Source of the DNA: Aequorivita sp.
GTDB lineage: Bacteria > Bacteroidota > Bacteroidia > Flavobacteriales > Flavobacteriaceae
Length of the DNA stretch: 34,187 nucleotides
Direction: 5' to 3'
Assembly (NCBI GenBank): GCA_036724225.1
Contig: DAIMFZ010000002.1
Location: 1 to 34,187 of the forward strand
The translations under genes and the position numbers were made by a program. Numbering within the stretch: the first letter of the stretch is position 1; the number at the start of each line of letters is the position of its first letter. This document shows positions 15,959 to 26,336 of this stretch, one piece after another. The notes beneath the pieces were generated by a model. That model did no database searches and was not told where the DNA came from. It saw only the letters and a program-made list of their open reading frames with translations.

Positions 15959-15966
15959 CAAAGATA
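15959..15966 (-). promoter_or_regulatory. Bacteroidota -7 promoter element for tRNA-fMet
   Basis: Minus strand TATCTTTG. Confidence 0.6.
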
Positions 15967-16063
15967 CAAAGGATTTTGAACCCCACAAGTCGGAAAACAT
16001 AATTTTTTGTGAAGTGTCAAACAAAGTACTTTTTGTGTTAAAATCTTTAGCTATCTTTAGATT

Positions 16064-17611
16064 ATGGACAAACGTTTTAAGAAAAGTGTTTTTACTCTAC
16101 TCGCCTTAGGAGTAGTGTTTATAATTGGTACCATAACTATCAACAGTTTAATAAAAGAAAAACTCGAAAAATTTATCCAAGAACGATTGCCTGAAAACAT
16201 GGTCCGCTCTTACGATAATATCAATGTGGAATCTTTCGGAGGTTCGCTTGTGGTTACAAATGCTTCTTTAATAATAAAAAATAAGGAAGACAGCGTTAAT
16301 CACACTTTTATAAATGTTGAAAAACTGAAAATTTCAAACGTAAGTTATTGGGATTATCTGTTCAAAGATGAAATTCATATTGAAACCATTTCACTTGAAA
16401 ATCCAATTATTGCTTATTATAAAGATCGATTGAAGCCTTCCAAAGATACCATTCCCCATGCCGTAGCCCGAATTTACAAACCCATTCTCGTTGACCGTGT
16501 TCAAATAAAAAACACCAAGTTTGTTATTTATGAAAAAGGAGAAGATTCCACAAAAGTTTATACAAAAGGACTGACAGTTGAAGTGGATGGTGTAAAAGTC
16601 AATAATGAAACCGTTATTCGTAAAATCCCTTTTGACTACAACGATTTTGAAGCCAAAAGCGATACTGTTTTTGTGAAAGTAAGCCCCTATGAAAACCTGA
16701 CTGTTGAAGATTTTTCAGTAGAAAACCACAAAGCCGTTTTTGAAAATTTACAGCTGAAGACGAAATACTCCAAAACGGAACTTTCCAGAATTATAACAAG
16801 GGAGCGGGATCATTACAACCTTTATTTGAAGTCTCTTTCTATTGCCGATTTTGATTTTGGCTTTAACCAAAATCGTTTCTTTGCGAAAAGCAAACAGGTT
16901 TCCTTAATCGCTCCATCTCTGGAAATTTACAGGGATAAACTGTTAGCCGATGACCCAAAAATAAAACCTCTTTACAGTAAAATGCTCCGCGAACTCCCTT
17001 TTGAATTAACAGTGGATTCCTTAAAAATCGCTGATGCAAAAATAGATTATAAAGAGAGACAGCAGCAGGATAATTTGGGTGGTTCCATCAATTTTATAAA
17101 TCTGGATGCTGCTATTTCAAATGTGAGCAATACCTATAAAAGCCCTGAAAAAACCAATATAAAAATCACCGCAGATTTTATGGAAAATACTCCCTTTTCG
17201 GTGGATTGGAGTTTCGACGTTCAAAACAAGAATGACCAGTTTCTTTTTAAAGCAGAAATTGGGCCACTTGTTGCAGACAAAATGAACAGTTTTACCGAGC
17301 CAAATTTAAAGGTACTTCTGGAAGGCCACACCAACAAAACCTACTTTACAATCGATGGAAACAACTATAATTCAATGACAGATTTGAAAATAAATTACTC
17401 AGATTTTAAGGTTAACATACTTCGAAAAGATGGAAAAAGAAAAAACAAGTTTCTTTCAATAATTGCCAATACTTTTATTTCAAAAAACAGCGAGAAAAAA
17501 ATTAATAATTATCGTGAAGGATCCGCTGAAGCCACGCGAGACAAGACCAAATCTGTGTTCAATTTTTTATGGATCAGTGTGAAAAATGCCCTTGTTAAAA
17601 CAATGCTTTGA
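16064..17611 (+). CDS. Membrane-anchored AsmA-like/DUF748-like hypothetical protein
   Basis: N-terminal TM anchor, long beta-strand-rich body, C-terminal RDKTKSVFNFLW. Confidence 0.7.
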   Translation: MDKRFKKSVFTLLALGVVFIIGTITINSLIKEKLEKFIQERLPENMVRSYDNINVESFGGSLVVTNASLIIKNKEDSVNHTFINVEKLKISNVSYWDYLFKDEIHIETISLENPIIAYYKDRLKPSKDTIPHAVARIYKPILVDRVQIKNTKFVIYEKGEDSTKVYTKGLTVEVDGVKVNNETVIRKIPFDYNDFEAKSDTVFVKVSPYENLTVEDFSVENHKAVFENLQLKTKYSKTELSRIITRERDHYNLYLKSLSIADFDFGFNQNRFFAKSKQVSLIAPSLEIYRDKLLADDPKIKPLYSKMLRELPFELTVDSLKIADAKIDYKERQQQDNLGGSINFINLDAAISNVSNTYKSPEKTNIKITADFMENTPFSVDWSFDVQNKNDQFLFKAEIGPLVADKMNSFTEPNLKVLLEGHTNKTYFTIDGNNYNSMTDLKINYSDFKVNILRKDGKRKNKFLSIIANTFISKNSEKKINNYREGSAEATRDKTKSVFNFLWISVKNALVKTML

Positions 17612-17667
17612 AAGAAAAAATATTAGCGAGATATGAAGTGTTTGAATTGCCGTGTGTTTTTTAAATT

Positions 17668-17850
17668 CTACTGACCAATACTTCTCGCTTCAAAGCCAAT
17701 CAATTCACCATCCTCAAAGCCCACTTCTATCTCGATGGGGTTGCAACAAATCTCACAATCCTCAATATACTTTTGGCGCCGAACTGAAGTATCAAGCAGC
17801 ATTGATATTTCTTCCCAACAATGGGGACATTGAAAAAAATGTTCATACAT
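17668..17850 (-). CDS. CPXCG-motif cysteine-rich small protein
   Basis: CPHCWE...YIEDCEICCNPI. Confidence 0.85.
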   Translation of the reverse strand: MYEHFFQCPHCWEEISMLLDTSVRRQKYIEDCEICCNPIEIEVGFEDGELIGFEARSIGQ

Positions 17851-18004
17851 AATAATTATTTCAGTAAATCATTCTCGCAAAGTTCTTTGACAAGCCAATC
17901 TTCTGTAAAGTTATAACTTACGTCATTTGCACAAAAGAAATTGGCCGAAAAAAATAACTAAATAACTCTTTCGCCGTTTTAAAAAATTGCAACGTTTTGG
18001 CGAG

Positions 18005-19915
18005 TTAAGAAAGGGATTCAACGGTTTCTTGAAGTATTTCCCACTCTTCCATCAGCTTTTTAAGCTTCTTTTTCTTTTCTTGATACTTGTCAAAAAAGTG
18101 GGGTTTTGTAATGGTTTCTTCGTAATTGATAAGAAGATCGGTATCAATTTTGGCGATTTCCTTTTCCAAGGAAGCAATGGAAGATTCCACGTTGCTCAGT
18201 TTATTTTTCACCGACTTCATTTTTTTCTGAATTTCATATTCTTCACCTGCACTTCGCTTTTCTTTTACTTCGGAAACTACAGTCCGTTTTTCAGCTTCGC
18301 GAAGGTTTTGAAGATTGCGCTCTTCTAGGAAATAATTAATATCGCCCAAATATTCTTTGATGTGATGATCCTTGAATTCGTAAACTTTATTGGTCAAACC
18401 TTGCAGAAAATCACGGTCGTGGGAAACCAGAATTAGTGTTCCCCCAAAGCTTTTCAGTGCATCCTTCAACACGTTTTTAGACTTTATGTCGAGGTGGTTC
18501 GTGGGCTCATCCATCACCAAAACGTTGAAAGGCTGCAACAACAATTTCGCTAACGCCAATCGGTTTCGCTCGCCACCGCTCAGTACGCGGACATACTTCT
18601 CCACTTCATCACCACGAAAAAGAAAGGAACCCAAAATATCGCGCACGCGGCTTCGGTTTTTTTCATTGGCAGCGTCAATCATCGTGTCGAGTACTGTTTT
18701 AGTGCCGTCGAGATAATCGGCTTGGTTTTGGGCAAAATAGCCAATCTGCACATTGTGGCCCAAAGTGAGTTTTCCGCCGTATTGTATTTCGTTCACGATT
18801 ATCTTTGCCAAGGTAGATTTTCCCTGCCCATTTTGGCCCACAAATGCTATTTTACTTTCGCGCTCCACTAAAAGATTAACCCCCTTCAGCACATTTTTAT
18901 CGCCATAGCTTTTAGAAATGTTTTCAGCCTCAATCACCACTTTTCCGGGGGTGATGGAAACGGGAAAACGAAGCGTCATCACGCTATTGTCATCTTCATC
19001 CACCTCTATGCGGTCTATTTTGTCCAGCTTTTTTATGAGCGACTGTGCCATGGTTGCCTTACTGGCTTTGGCGCGAAATTTATCAATCAACTTTTCGGTC
19101 TGTTCAATCTGCTTTTGCTGGTTTTTTTGCGAGGCCAATTGTTGCTCGCGCAATTCATTTCGAAGTACTAAATACTGCGTGTATGGTTTGTTGAAATCAT
19201 AAATCTTTCCGAGAGAAATTTCAATCGTTCGATTGGTTACGTTGTCTAAAAACATTTTATCGTGGGAAACAATAACTACTGCGCCTGTGTAACCTTTCAA
19301 AAATTCTTCCAACCACAGAATAGATTCAATATCCAAGTGGTTTGTGGGCTCATCCAGCAAGAGAATATCATTGTTTTGAAGTAATAGTTTCGCCAGTTCA
19401 ATTCGCATACGCCAACCTCCGGAAAAGGTTTCTGTAAGTTTCGTGAAATCTTCCCTTTGGAAACCCAAACCCTGCAAAATCCGTTCGGTTTCGCCCTGGT
19501 AATTGTACCCACCGTGAATCTCATATTGATGCTGCACTTCATTCAAATCCACCATCAATTGATGGTAAATGTCACTTTCGTAATCGGTGCGTTCAGCGAG
19601 TTGGGTATTTATGTTTTCAAGTTGTTTTTCCAGCTTTTTTTTTTTTTTTAACGCTTCGTACGATTCCTCCAAAACGGTCCGCCCCTTTTCAAAATCGATA
19701 TCCTGTTTTAAGAAACCGATGGAAATTTCCTTATCGGTCGCTATTTGGCCGGTATCATATTCCTGTTCCCCAGCAATAATTTTTAGCAAGGTAGATTTGC
19801 CCGCACCATTTTTGCCCACTAAACCAACGCGATCGCCACCTTTAAGCTGAAAGGTAATTTTTTCGAATAAAAAGTCGCCTTGAAAGGAAACCGAAAGATT
19901 GTGGATGTTGATCAT
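18005..19915 (-). CDS. ABC-F family ATP-binding protein
   Basis: Two NBDs (GKNGAGKST, FSGGWRMR, LLDEPTNHLD; GQNGQGKST, LSGGE, MDEPTNHLD), no TM segments, C-terminal coiled coil. Confidence 0.95.
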   Translation of the reverse strand: MINIHNLSVSFQGDFLFEKITFQLKGGDRVGLVGKNGAGKSTLLKIIAGEQEYDTGQIATDKEISIGFLKQDIDFEKGRTVLEESYEALKKKKKLEKQLENINTQLAERTDYESDIYHQLMVDLNEVQHQYEIHGGYNYQGETERILQGLGFQREDFTKLTETFSGGWRMRIELAKLLLQNNDILLLDEPTNHLDIESILWLEEFLKGYTGAVVIVSHDKMFLDNVTNRTIEISLGKIYDFNKPYTQYLVLRNELREQQLASQKNQQKQIEQTEKLIDKFRAKASKATMAQSLIKKLDKIDRIEVDEDDNSVMTLRFPVSITPGKVVIEAENISKSYGDKNVLKGVNLLVERESKIAFVGQNGQGKSTLAKIIVNEIQYGGKLTLGHNVQIGYFAQNQADYLDGTKTVLDTMIDAANEKNRSRVRDILGSFLFRGDEVEKYVRVLSGGERNRLALAKLLLQPFNVLVMDEPTNHLDIKSKNVLKDALKSFGGTLILVSHDRDFLQGLTNKVYEFKDHHIKEYLGDINYFLEERNLQNLREAEKRTVVSEVKEKRSAGEEYEIQKKMKSVKNKLSNVESSIASLEKEIAKIDTDLLINYEETITKPHFFDKYQEKKKKLKKLMEEWEILQETVESLS

Positions 19916-20005
19916 TTTTAATTGTAAATTATGAATTTAGAAGGTTGTATTACTGTGGAAATTTCTGCAAAGATGCTTAATTTCGCGTTGCTAAAAAAAC
20001 CGAAA

Positions 20006-20392
20006 ATGCATTTCCTTAAAGGCTCTAAACTTTACAGTATTTTTACGGGTACCTGCCCCGTTTGCCACTAAGGCGACATGTATCTGGAAAATAATCCTTA
20101 CAAGATTTCCAAAATCATGAAAATGCACGACAATTGCAGCAATTGCGGGAAGAAATTCAAAATAGAACCGTCATTCTTTTTCGGGGCAATGTATGTGAGC
20201 TACGGCGTTGGAATTGCGATTTCTGTTGCCGCATTTATTATTTCTTACTTCTTTATTGGGCTGGATAAAAATTATACTTTTCTAGTTATTATTATTTCCT
20301 TGGCTATTTTATTTCCATTTATAGTCAGAATTTCTCGGAATATATGGATTAATCTTTTTGTCAAGTACGATAAAAGTAAGACGAAACCCTGA
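20006..20392 (+). pseudogene. DUF983 family membrane protein interrupted by an in-frame TAA at 20069-20071
   Basis: MHFLKGSKLYSIFTGTCPVCH*GDMYLENNPY...CSNCG...EPSFFFGAMYVSY. The first CxxC lies upstream of the stop. Confidence 0.78.
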
Positions 20393-20403
20393 AATCCTCG
20401 AAT

Positions 20404-21450
20404 TTACAGAACCATCCTTTGAATGTGCATCTCCCCCGGAAGTGGTACATCTTCTTCCAAATATTTGAAAAGAATTTCAGATAGCAAAGGCGCCATCAAA
20501 AACCCGTGCGTACCCAAGCCGTTGAAGAAAACCAGGTTTGGGTTTTCATCCAAAACTCCCAATAAAGGCCTGTGATCTTTTGTGGTTGGGCGCACTCCGG
20601 CGGTCTGCCCAATTACTTCGAAAGGACAATTAATGAATGTTATCAATTTTGAAAGAATTTCATCTTTGGCAGTTTCAGTGGGGTTTAAAGTATAATCATT
20701 GCGACAAAAGGTTGCGCCCACTTTATATTCATCATTTCCCAAAGGGATAACATACATTGGGCCTTTTAAAAGCGCATTCAGCTTCAATTCCGGAGCTTTT
20801 ATTACTGTGTATTCGCCTTTGTTACCTATGATGGCACTACTCGGAAAAAAAGGGTTTTCAATCGCTTTGGCCCCTTCGGAGAAAATGATTTTTTTTGCCG
20901 AAATATTTTTGTAAACCACGCCGTTTTCTTTCTGTAGAATGGCTTCGTATTGAAAATCTTCGGAAAGCAAAGCATCTTCCTTTTTTAGATAATTTCGGTA
21001 TCCTGAAAGTAAATTTTTCGTATTTATCTGGGCTGTTCCTAAAACCTTTCCAAAACCCAGCGGTGCTTCAATTGAAGGGTTTGTATTTTTTAAAAATTCT
21101 GAAGATAGAAATGCTTGCAATTCCTTTTTATCGCCTGCAACAGACCAATTATTCTGTTCTTCCACACTTTTAAAAATTCTTAAAATTGGCGTTTCCGTAA
21201 AAAATTGTTGTTTTAGTTTCTTAGAAGTCTGATTATAAAAATCTACCGCAACAGGGAAAAAAGCTGAAGCATTCCAAGCTGCAGTGAAACGTTTTAGAAC
21301 GGTGGGATTGAAAACCCCACCAGATTTTGCCGTGGAACCTTCTGATCCGTTATCTATTACTACAAAGCTCTTTCCGTGTTTTTGAAGTTGCTCGCAAAAA
21401 CTGATGCCCGCAATACCAAGTCCAACTATTATATAATCTACTTTCTTCAT
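20404..21450 (-). CDS. FAD-dependent oxidoreductase (DAO/glycine oxidase-like)
   Basis: IIVGLGIAG dinucleotide-binding motif, AGVRPT, NGLGTHG. Confidence 0.88.
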   Translation of the reverse strand: MKKVDYIIVGLGIAGISFCEQLQKHGKSFVVIDNGSEGSTAKSGGVFNPTVLKRFTAAWNASAFFPVAVDFYNQTSKKLKQQFFTETPILRIFKSVEEQNNWSVAGDKKELQAFLSSEFLKNTNPSIEAPLGFGKVLGTAQINTKNLLSGYRNYLKKEDALLSEDFQYEAILQKENGVVYKNISAKKIIFSEGAKAIENPFFPSSAIIGNKGEYTVIKAPELKLNALLKGPMYVIPLGNDEYKVGATFCRNDYTLNPTETAKDEILSKLITFINCPFEVIGQTAGVRPTTKDHRPLLGVLDENPNLVFFNGLGTHGFLMAPLLSEILFKYLEEDVPLPGEMHIQRMVL

Positions 21451-21516
21451 TTTTAAACTTGAATCACTGAAAATTCCCTACGTTCTCAATCCTAAGATTC
21501 TCTACTTAACGGGAAT

Positions 21517-21558
21517 AAAAAACCCTTCAGTTTCCGAGGGGGGAACTTGAAGGGTTTT
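21517..21558 (-). terminator. Probable terminator of the gldKLMN operon
   Basis: aaaacccttca...tgaagggtttt stem with a minus-strand U-tract, just after the gldN stop. Confidence 0.6.
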
Positions 21559-21584
21559 CTTCAAAATATGGTTTTATTAACTGA

Positions 21585-22484
21585 TTAATAATTCCACAAA
21601 TCTATTTCAATATTGCGTATCTGTTCTTTGATCCGTTCAGATTCCAACAATTGCATAAGTGCGTTGTCATTGATATAATCCTTCACATTTCTGTCTCCTT
21701 GCACGTTGTCTTCTTTGTAAATAACGGCATTAAAACGTCTGGAATTCAACAAGTGGTCAAAAGAGACTGGCTGTGAAGTATTCTTTCTGTTAAAAGCCAT
21801 TGCTTCATGTAAAACATCACGAGTACCTGGGAACCATATCCAAAACAGTTCAACCTTGGCATCAAGACCGTCTTCAGGAAAGGCTTTAGAACGTGCCTCG
21901 TTTGCAACTGGGCAAATGCCCAACAATCTGTATTTAAGTTCGCCCTGGCGCTTGTCAAGATACCAATAGCCACGGATGTGCCATTCGGAAATATCGCCAG
22001 CATCCAAAGAAAAACTTCGTATATATTGTGGATCTACGGTTCCTTCGGCATTGTATTGTTCAATACCGAGGTCTGTAGTGTCGCTATAAACCAAGGAAGC
22101 ATTAATGTCCTTCAAGGTTCGCTTTTCGGTAAAATATGAATCTGCATACACATTCTCGATTTTTCCATTTTTGATATTTTTTACCAAAACATCGTAAAGG
22201 GAACGTCTGTCTGAACCAATGTTGTTAGTATCTATAGGGTAGTACAGTGGAAAGTTGACCCTTTCGTCAAGGTCTATAATTTCCCAAGTGGTTTTAGACC
22301 ACAGTACATCGCGCTCGTCCGTATATCCGTAAGGCAATGGCTTATCGTTATCATAAGCAATCTGTGCTTCGGTCTTTTTGCCTATATCCTCAGGGGTTTT
22401 GGCGTTTAGTATGTTTACTTGTGCACTTGCACCAGCAACCATTCCAAGGCCGAAAACACATAAAACAACATTTTTCAAATTCAT
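21585..22484 (-). CDS. gldN: Gliding motility/T9SS protein GldN
   Basis: NILNAKTP, DVLWSK..WEIIDLDERVNFPLYYP, ELKYRLLGICP, FDHLLNSRRF; operon position. Confidence 0.93.
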   Translation of the reverse strand: MNLKNVVLCVFGLGMVAGASAQVNILNAKTPEDIGKKTEAQIAYDNDKPLPYGYTDERDVLWSKTTWEIIDLDERVNFPLYYPIDTNNIGSDRRSLYDVLVKNIKNGKIENVYADSYFTEKRTLKDINASLVYSDTTDLGIEQYNAEGTVDPQYIRSFSLDAGDISEWHIRGYWYLDKRQGELKYRLLGICPVANEARSKAFPEDGLDAKVELFWIWFPGTRDVLHEAMAFNRKNTSQPVSFDHLLNSRRFNAVIYKEDNVQGDRNVKDYINDNALMQLLESERIKEQIRNIEIDLWNY

Positions 22485-22508
22485 ACCGATAGGGGTTTAA
22501 TACTAAAA

Positions 22509-24068
22509 TTAGTTTGTCAATTCGATAATTACAGGAGAAATCTTTTTCAACTTATAACCTGAATTTCCTGCAAGATTTGCATTTATGTCAAAAATTTGAA
22601 CTGCATCTCCCCGCTGTGCTCTTCTTAAAGCGCCTTTAGCAGCAGCATCCAGTCTGGTTCCGTTTACTTTAACAGTTGGCTGCCCAGAAACTTTAAAACT
22701 AAATCCTGTTACATTTATATTAAGTTCAAAATCAAAATCTTGCAATATTGCAGAAACAGTTGAGATTTCAAGACCTCCACGCTCCATACGGACAATCCCA
22801 GTTTCTCCACGGATTGCTCCAACTGGTGGTGGAATATCCTTAATGCGGAACTCGGATGAGGAACTTACTGTCTGACCATCTGGCAATTTACCACTGGCTG
22901 TAATATTTACAGTTCTACCTGCTCCTGGGTTCATTACATACTTACTACCGGAAACTCTAGAAAGTCCTGCTCCGGATGCATTTACGTTATTGTCAGGAAT
23001 ACCTGGTATGGAAACCGTCATTGGGTTTGCAACCCCACGATATACCACATTCATTTTATCTGCCGCAATTACAGCTGAATTCGGTTTATTAATGGTTGCA
23101 AAACCTGTTTCAACCTTTACCTCAGTCTCATCACCTTCTTCTCCATAATAAAGAGTTCCTTCAATTTTGTGGTCGCCCGGACTTCCAGCTCCAACTTTCA
23201 TTACTATTCTTCCACCATTGATGTCATAATCAGTTCCTCTAACCAATTTACGACCATCTAAAGTAAGCTCTTCTCTTTTTGGAACAGTATTGGGGTCAAC
23301 ACGTCCTAAGATGATAGATCCATCAAAAACTTCTCCTGAATAAAAAGCACTTTTCTTTACTGTCATAAAAGACTCGTAATTCTTCAATGCCAGTGCATCC
23401 GCCTGAACCCCGCCCAACATTTTACTTAAAAGTTCACTTTTTGTGGTTTTAATATCGGCTTGAATCTGCGTAAGTTTAGTTAATGACGCTATTAAAGGAA
23501 AACCTTCGTAATTATAATTCAGCCATGCAATTTCTTTACCATCCCTATTTTTTTCTGGGGAAGTCGAAAAATTCTCGTTAATAGACGCCTTTATTTCAGG
23601 CGCCAAAGAATCACTGAGAATAGCATTCATATTCTTTCGATATTCGTTCATTTTATCAATAAACTTCTGACCTTCCGGTTTATACTTATCTCCTGTAAAA
23701 AACAAATTGTTAAAGTGATCGGGCTTATCCATTACTTCGTAATCATGGGGATCTTCGATACCTTTCAGTGCCTCATTCTTTAGGTTGGTGATATATGCAT
23801 CAAGTTCATCAGAAGCTATCTTTACCTCTTGTGCCTTTTTATAGAGTGCAGCATATTGTTCTGGAGCATCGGAAGCCTTGGTTTCAAGACTTTCCAAAAA
23901 TGCCGTGTTTCGCTGTTCAGCATCTGTATTTGCTTTCTCAATTTTATTGTTTAATAATCCAAAAGCAGATAATACTTCTCTGGACATGTTTAAAGCCAGC
24001 ATTGCGATGAAAATCAAGTACATCAAGTTGATCATCTTCTGCCTTGGGGATAGTTTTCCTCCTGCCAT
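22509..24068 (-). CDS. gldM: Gliding motility/T9SS motor protein GldM
   Basis: SPRQKMINLMYLIFIAMLALN, KMNVVYRGVANP. Confidence 0.96.
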   Translation of the reverse strand: MAGGKLSPRQKMINLMYLIFIAMLALNMSREVLSAFGLLNNKIEKANTDAEQRNTAFLESLETKASDAPEQYAALYKKAQEVKIASDELDAYITNLKNEALKGIEDPHDYEVMDKPDHFNNLFFTGDKYKPEGQKFIDKMNEYRKNMNAILSDSLAPEIKASINENFSTSPEKNRDGKEIAWLNYNYEGFPLIASLTKLTQIQADIKTTKSELLSKMLGGVQADALALKNYESFMTVKKSAFYSGEVFDGSIILGRVDPNTVPKREELTLDGRKLVRGTDYDINGGRIVMKVGAGSPGDHKIEGTLYYGEEGDETEVKVETGFATINKPNSAVIAADKMNVVYRGVANPMTVSIPGIPDNNVNASGAGLSRVSGSKYVMNPGAGRTVNITASGKLPDGQTVSSSSEFRIKDIPPPVGAIRGETGIVRMERGGLEISTVSAILQDFDFELNINVTGFSFKVSGQPTVKVNGTRLDAAAKGALRRAQRGDAVQIFDINANLAGNSGYKLKKISPVIIELTN

Positions 24069-24112
24069 TTTAAGTCTTTTTTAAAGATTAATTATTAAGG
24101 TGAAAACCTATC

Positions 24113-24772
24113 TTAGTTTCTATTGGACATTGCAGAAAGCATACCACCATAAACCCCATTCAATGAGGAAAGGTTGGTAGCCAAGTGCTGCATTTGTTGT
24201 TTTAGTTGCTCTGCATTTTCAGCCACTCTTTCATTGGCTTCTGTCTGGCGGCTTGTAGATTCAATCTGAACTTTGTACAAACTGTTTAAAGAATCCATTT
24301 GTGCGGCGGCAAGTGCCATCTCTTCACTGTATCTTTTGGTGGAGCTCATTGCCTCAGCTGTAGGGGCCATACCTTTGGCAGCACCTTCAAAAGAACGGAT
24401 ACTAGTGCTAAGGCTGTTCATTAATTCTGAATCTATGCGGGCATCTTTAAGCATCTCGTCCAATTTTTTAGACAAAAGACCTTGTGCATCTTCTGGCTCT
24501 TTTTTCTTTCTGTCCTGACCTATACCACCAGCCAATTCTGGATAAACCAAAGACCAATCCAAATCGTCATCTACGGGCTCAAAAGCAGATATGGCAAAAA
24601 TAATTGCTTCAGTGATAAGTCCAACTGCCAAGAGGAAACCACCAGTAAGAGTTGCAAAGCCCAATGGAAGCTCCCAGTGAAGAATTTTGAAAAGTGCACC
24701 TAAAATTACAACGGATGCTCCAAGGCCATAGGCCATATTAAATAGTTTTTTTGATGATCTTGCTTGTGCCAT
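24113..24772 (-). CDS. gldL: Gliding motility/T9SS motor protein GldL
   Basis: YGLGASVVILGALFKILHW, TEAIIF, WSLVYPEL, LNGVYGGMLSAM. Confidence 0.96.
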   Translation of the reverse strand: MAQARSSKKLFNMAYGLGASVVILGALFKILHWELPLGFATLTGGFLLAVGLITEAIIFAISAFEPVDDDLDWSLVYPELAGGIGQDRKKKEPEDAQGLLSKKLDEMLKDARIDSELMNSLSTSIRSFEGAAKGMAPTAEAMSSTKRYSEEMALAAAQMDSLNSLYKVQIESTSRQTEANERVAENAEQLKQQMQHLATNLSSLNGVYGGMLSAMSNRN

Positions 24773-24849
24773 AATAAGTAAATTTTAGTTGAGGGGTTTT
24801 AGTTTAGGTTAAAATATTTAAGGTTGATTTAGTTTATTTGAAAAAAGGG

Positions 24850-26223
24850 TTAGCGTGCGTCGCCAAAGTTTTTGTTAAGTGTAATATCCGTGCCCATATA
24901 ATCCTGCACAGTTCTAAAGCCTACATAACTCCTTGCGGAATCTGCATATTCATAGTCACGTGTGCTTACTTGAAGAAAATAAGCCACATCTTTCCAAGAA
25001 CCACCACGAACAACTTTTCTCATATTGTCTGGATCGTTCACATTTGGATTCATTGTGGAAGTATAATCATATGAAGCGGGATCATATGAAGAAGCCACCC
25101 ACTCCGAAACGTTTCCAGCCATATTGTATAGGTTGTAATCGTTGGGTTCATATGCATCTGCTTCAACTGTATAAAGTGCTTGGTCTGCGGCATAGTCACC
25201 ACGTAATGGTTTAAAATTGGCCATAAAACAGCCTCGATCGTTTTTGGCATAAGGGCCGCCCCAAGGATAGGTAGCAGATTCTAGACCACCACGGGCCGCA
25301 TATTCCCATTCCGCTTCACCGGGAAGGCGGAAAGAGTTTACGAAATTTCTCTTTTTTGATTTCTGATAAGAGTTTTTATACAAAGTCCTCCAGGCACAGA
25401 AAGCTTTTGCTTGTTTCCAGTTTACACCTACCACGGGATAATCTCCATAGGCTTCGTGCCAAAAGTAATCGTTGTGCATCGGCTCATTATAGGAATAATT
25501 GAAATCCCTAATCCAAACAGTAGTGTCAGGATAAATATTCAATTCTTCTTTCTTTATAAAATCTTTTCTTTTCTTGGTTTTATCACGAGCGGCAGCTTGA
25601 ATGTCCATATAGGTATATTGGAACTTCAACTTACTCACATCAATTGTACGCTGGCCATTGTATGATTCTTCGATAGGAATGTACATGGTGTCCATAACTT
25701 CAGAATAATATTCGTCTGGGTATTTTGCAGTGTCCCAAATCAAGTCTACTTTGTCGTTTAGTTTTCTTCCTGCGTAGTAATCTTCACCCATTCCAAAGTA
25801 GTTGTCATACATATATTGTTGGTAAGGGGTCATTTCTTCGTTTTCTTGATCAATAAAGGCAAATTCACCCACACCACCATCTCCTGGGGTCGCCCCCACT
25901 TCGTCGGCCATAATGGCAAGGCGCAACCGTACTGTTGAATCTCGCACCCAATTTACAAATTGTCGGTATTCGGCATTGGTTATTTCAGTTTCGTCCATAT
26001 AGAACGAACGAACGGTAACAGTTTTTGTTGGCGCATCATTTACAGCAACAAAATCGTCATCACTTTTACCCATGATAAAGGATCCACCTGGGATAAGCGT
26101 CATTCCGTAAGGCTTTTGAGGATACCATTTCTTACCTTTTGTGCCCACCAGTTCTCCCCGGTCTCCGGAGTTGCAACTGAACAAAAAGGCAACAATCGCA
26201 GTTAATGCAATAAACTTCTTCAT
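24850..26223 (-). CDS. gldK: Gliding motility/T9SS lipoprotein GldK
   Basis: Lipobox LFSC, GELVG, FGE-sulfatase-like domain (EITNAEYRQF, YPVVGVNW, LYNMAGNVSEW, GFRTV). Confidence 0.96.
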   Translation of the reverse strand: MKKFIALTAIVAFLFSCNSGDRGELVGTKGKKWYPQKPYGMTLIPGGSFIMGKSDDDFVAVNDAPTKTVTVRSFYMDETEITNAEYRQFVNWVRDSTVRLRLAIMADEVGATPGDGGVGEFAFIDQENEEMTPYQQYMYDNYFGMGEDYYAGRKLNDKVDLIWDTAKYPDEYYSEVMDTMYIPIEESYNGQRTIDVSKLKFQYTYMDIQAAARDKTKKRKDFIKKEELNIYPDTTVWIRDFNYSYNEPMHNDYFWHEAYGDYPVVGVNWKQAKAFCAWRTLYKNSYQKSKKRNFVNSFRLPGEAEWEYAARGGLESATYPWGGPYAKNDRGCFMANFKPLRGDYAADQALYTVEADAYEPNDYNLYNMAGNVSEWVASSYDPASYDYTSTMNPNVNDPDNMRKVVRGGSWKDVAYFLQVSTRDYEYADSARSYVGFRTVQDYMGTDITLNKNFGDAR

Positions 26224-26336
26224 AGGTATTTAGGTTAAATTTCGAGATTCAAGGGCGTAAACCTATCTATAAAATTTCAAAAAAACAATTTTTTTTTGAA
26301 AAACCATTGATCCTTGTTTCTACTAGTCTTGTTTAA

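Noticed and set aside
21585..26223. gldKLMN as a novel system
   Set aside because: Standard, well-described T9SS/gliding operon in the usual order.
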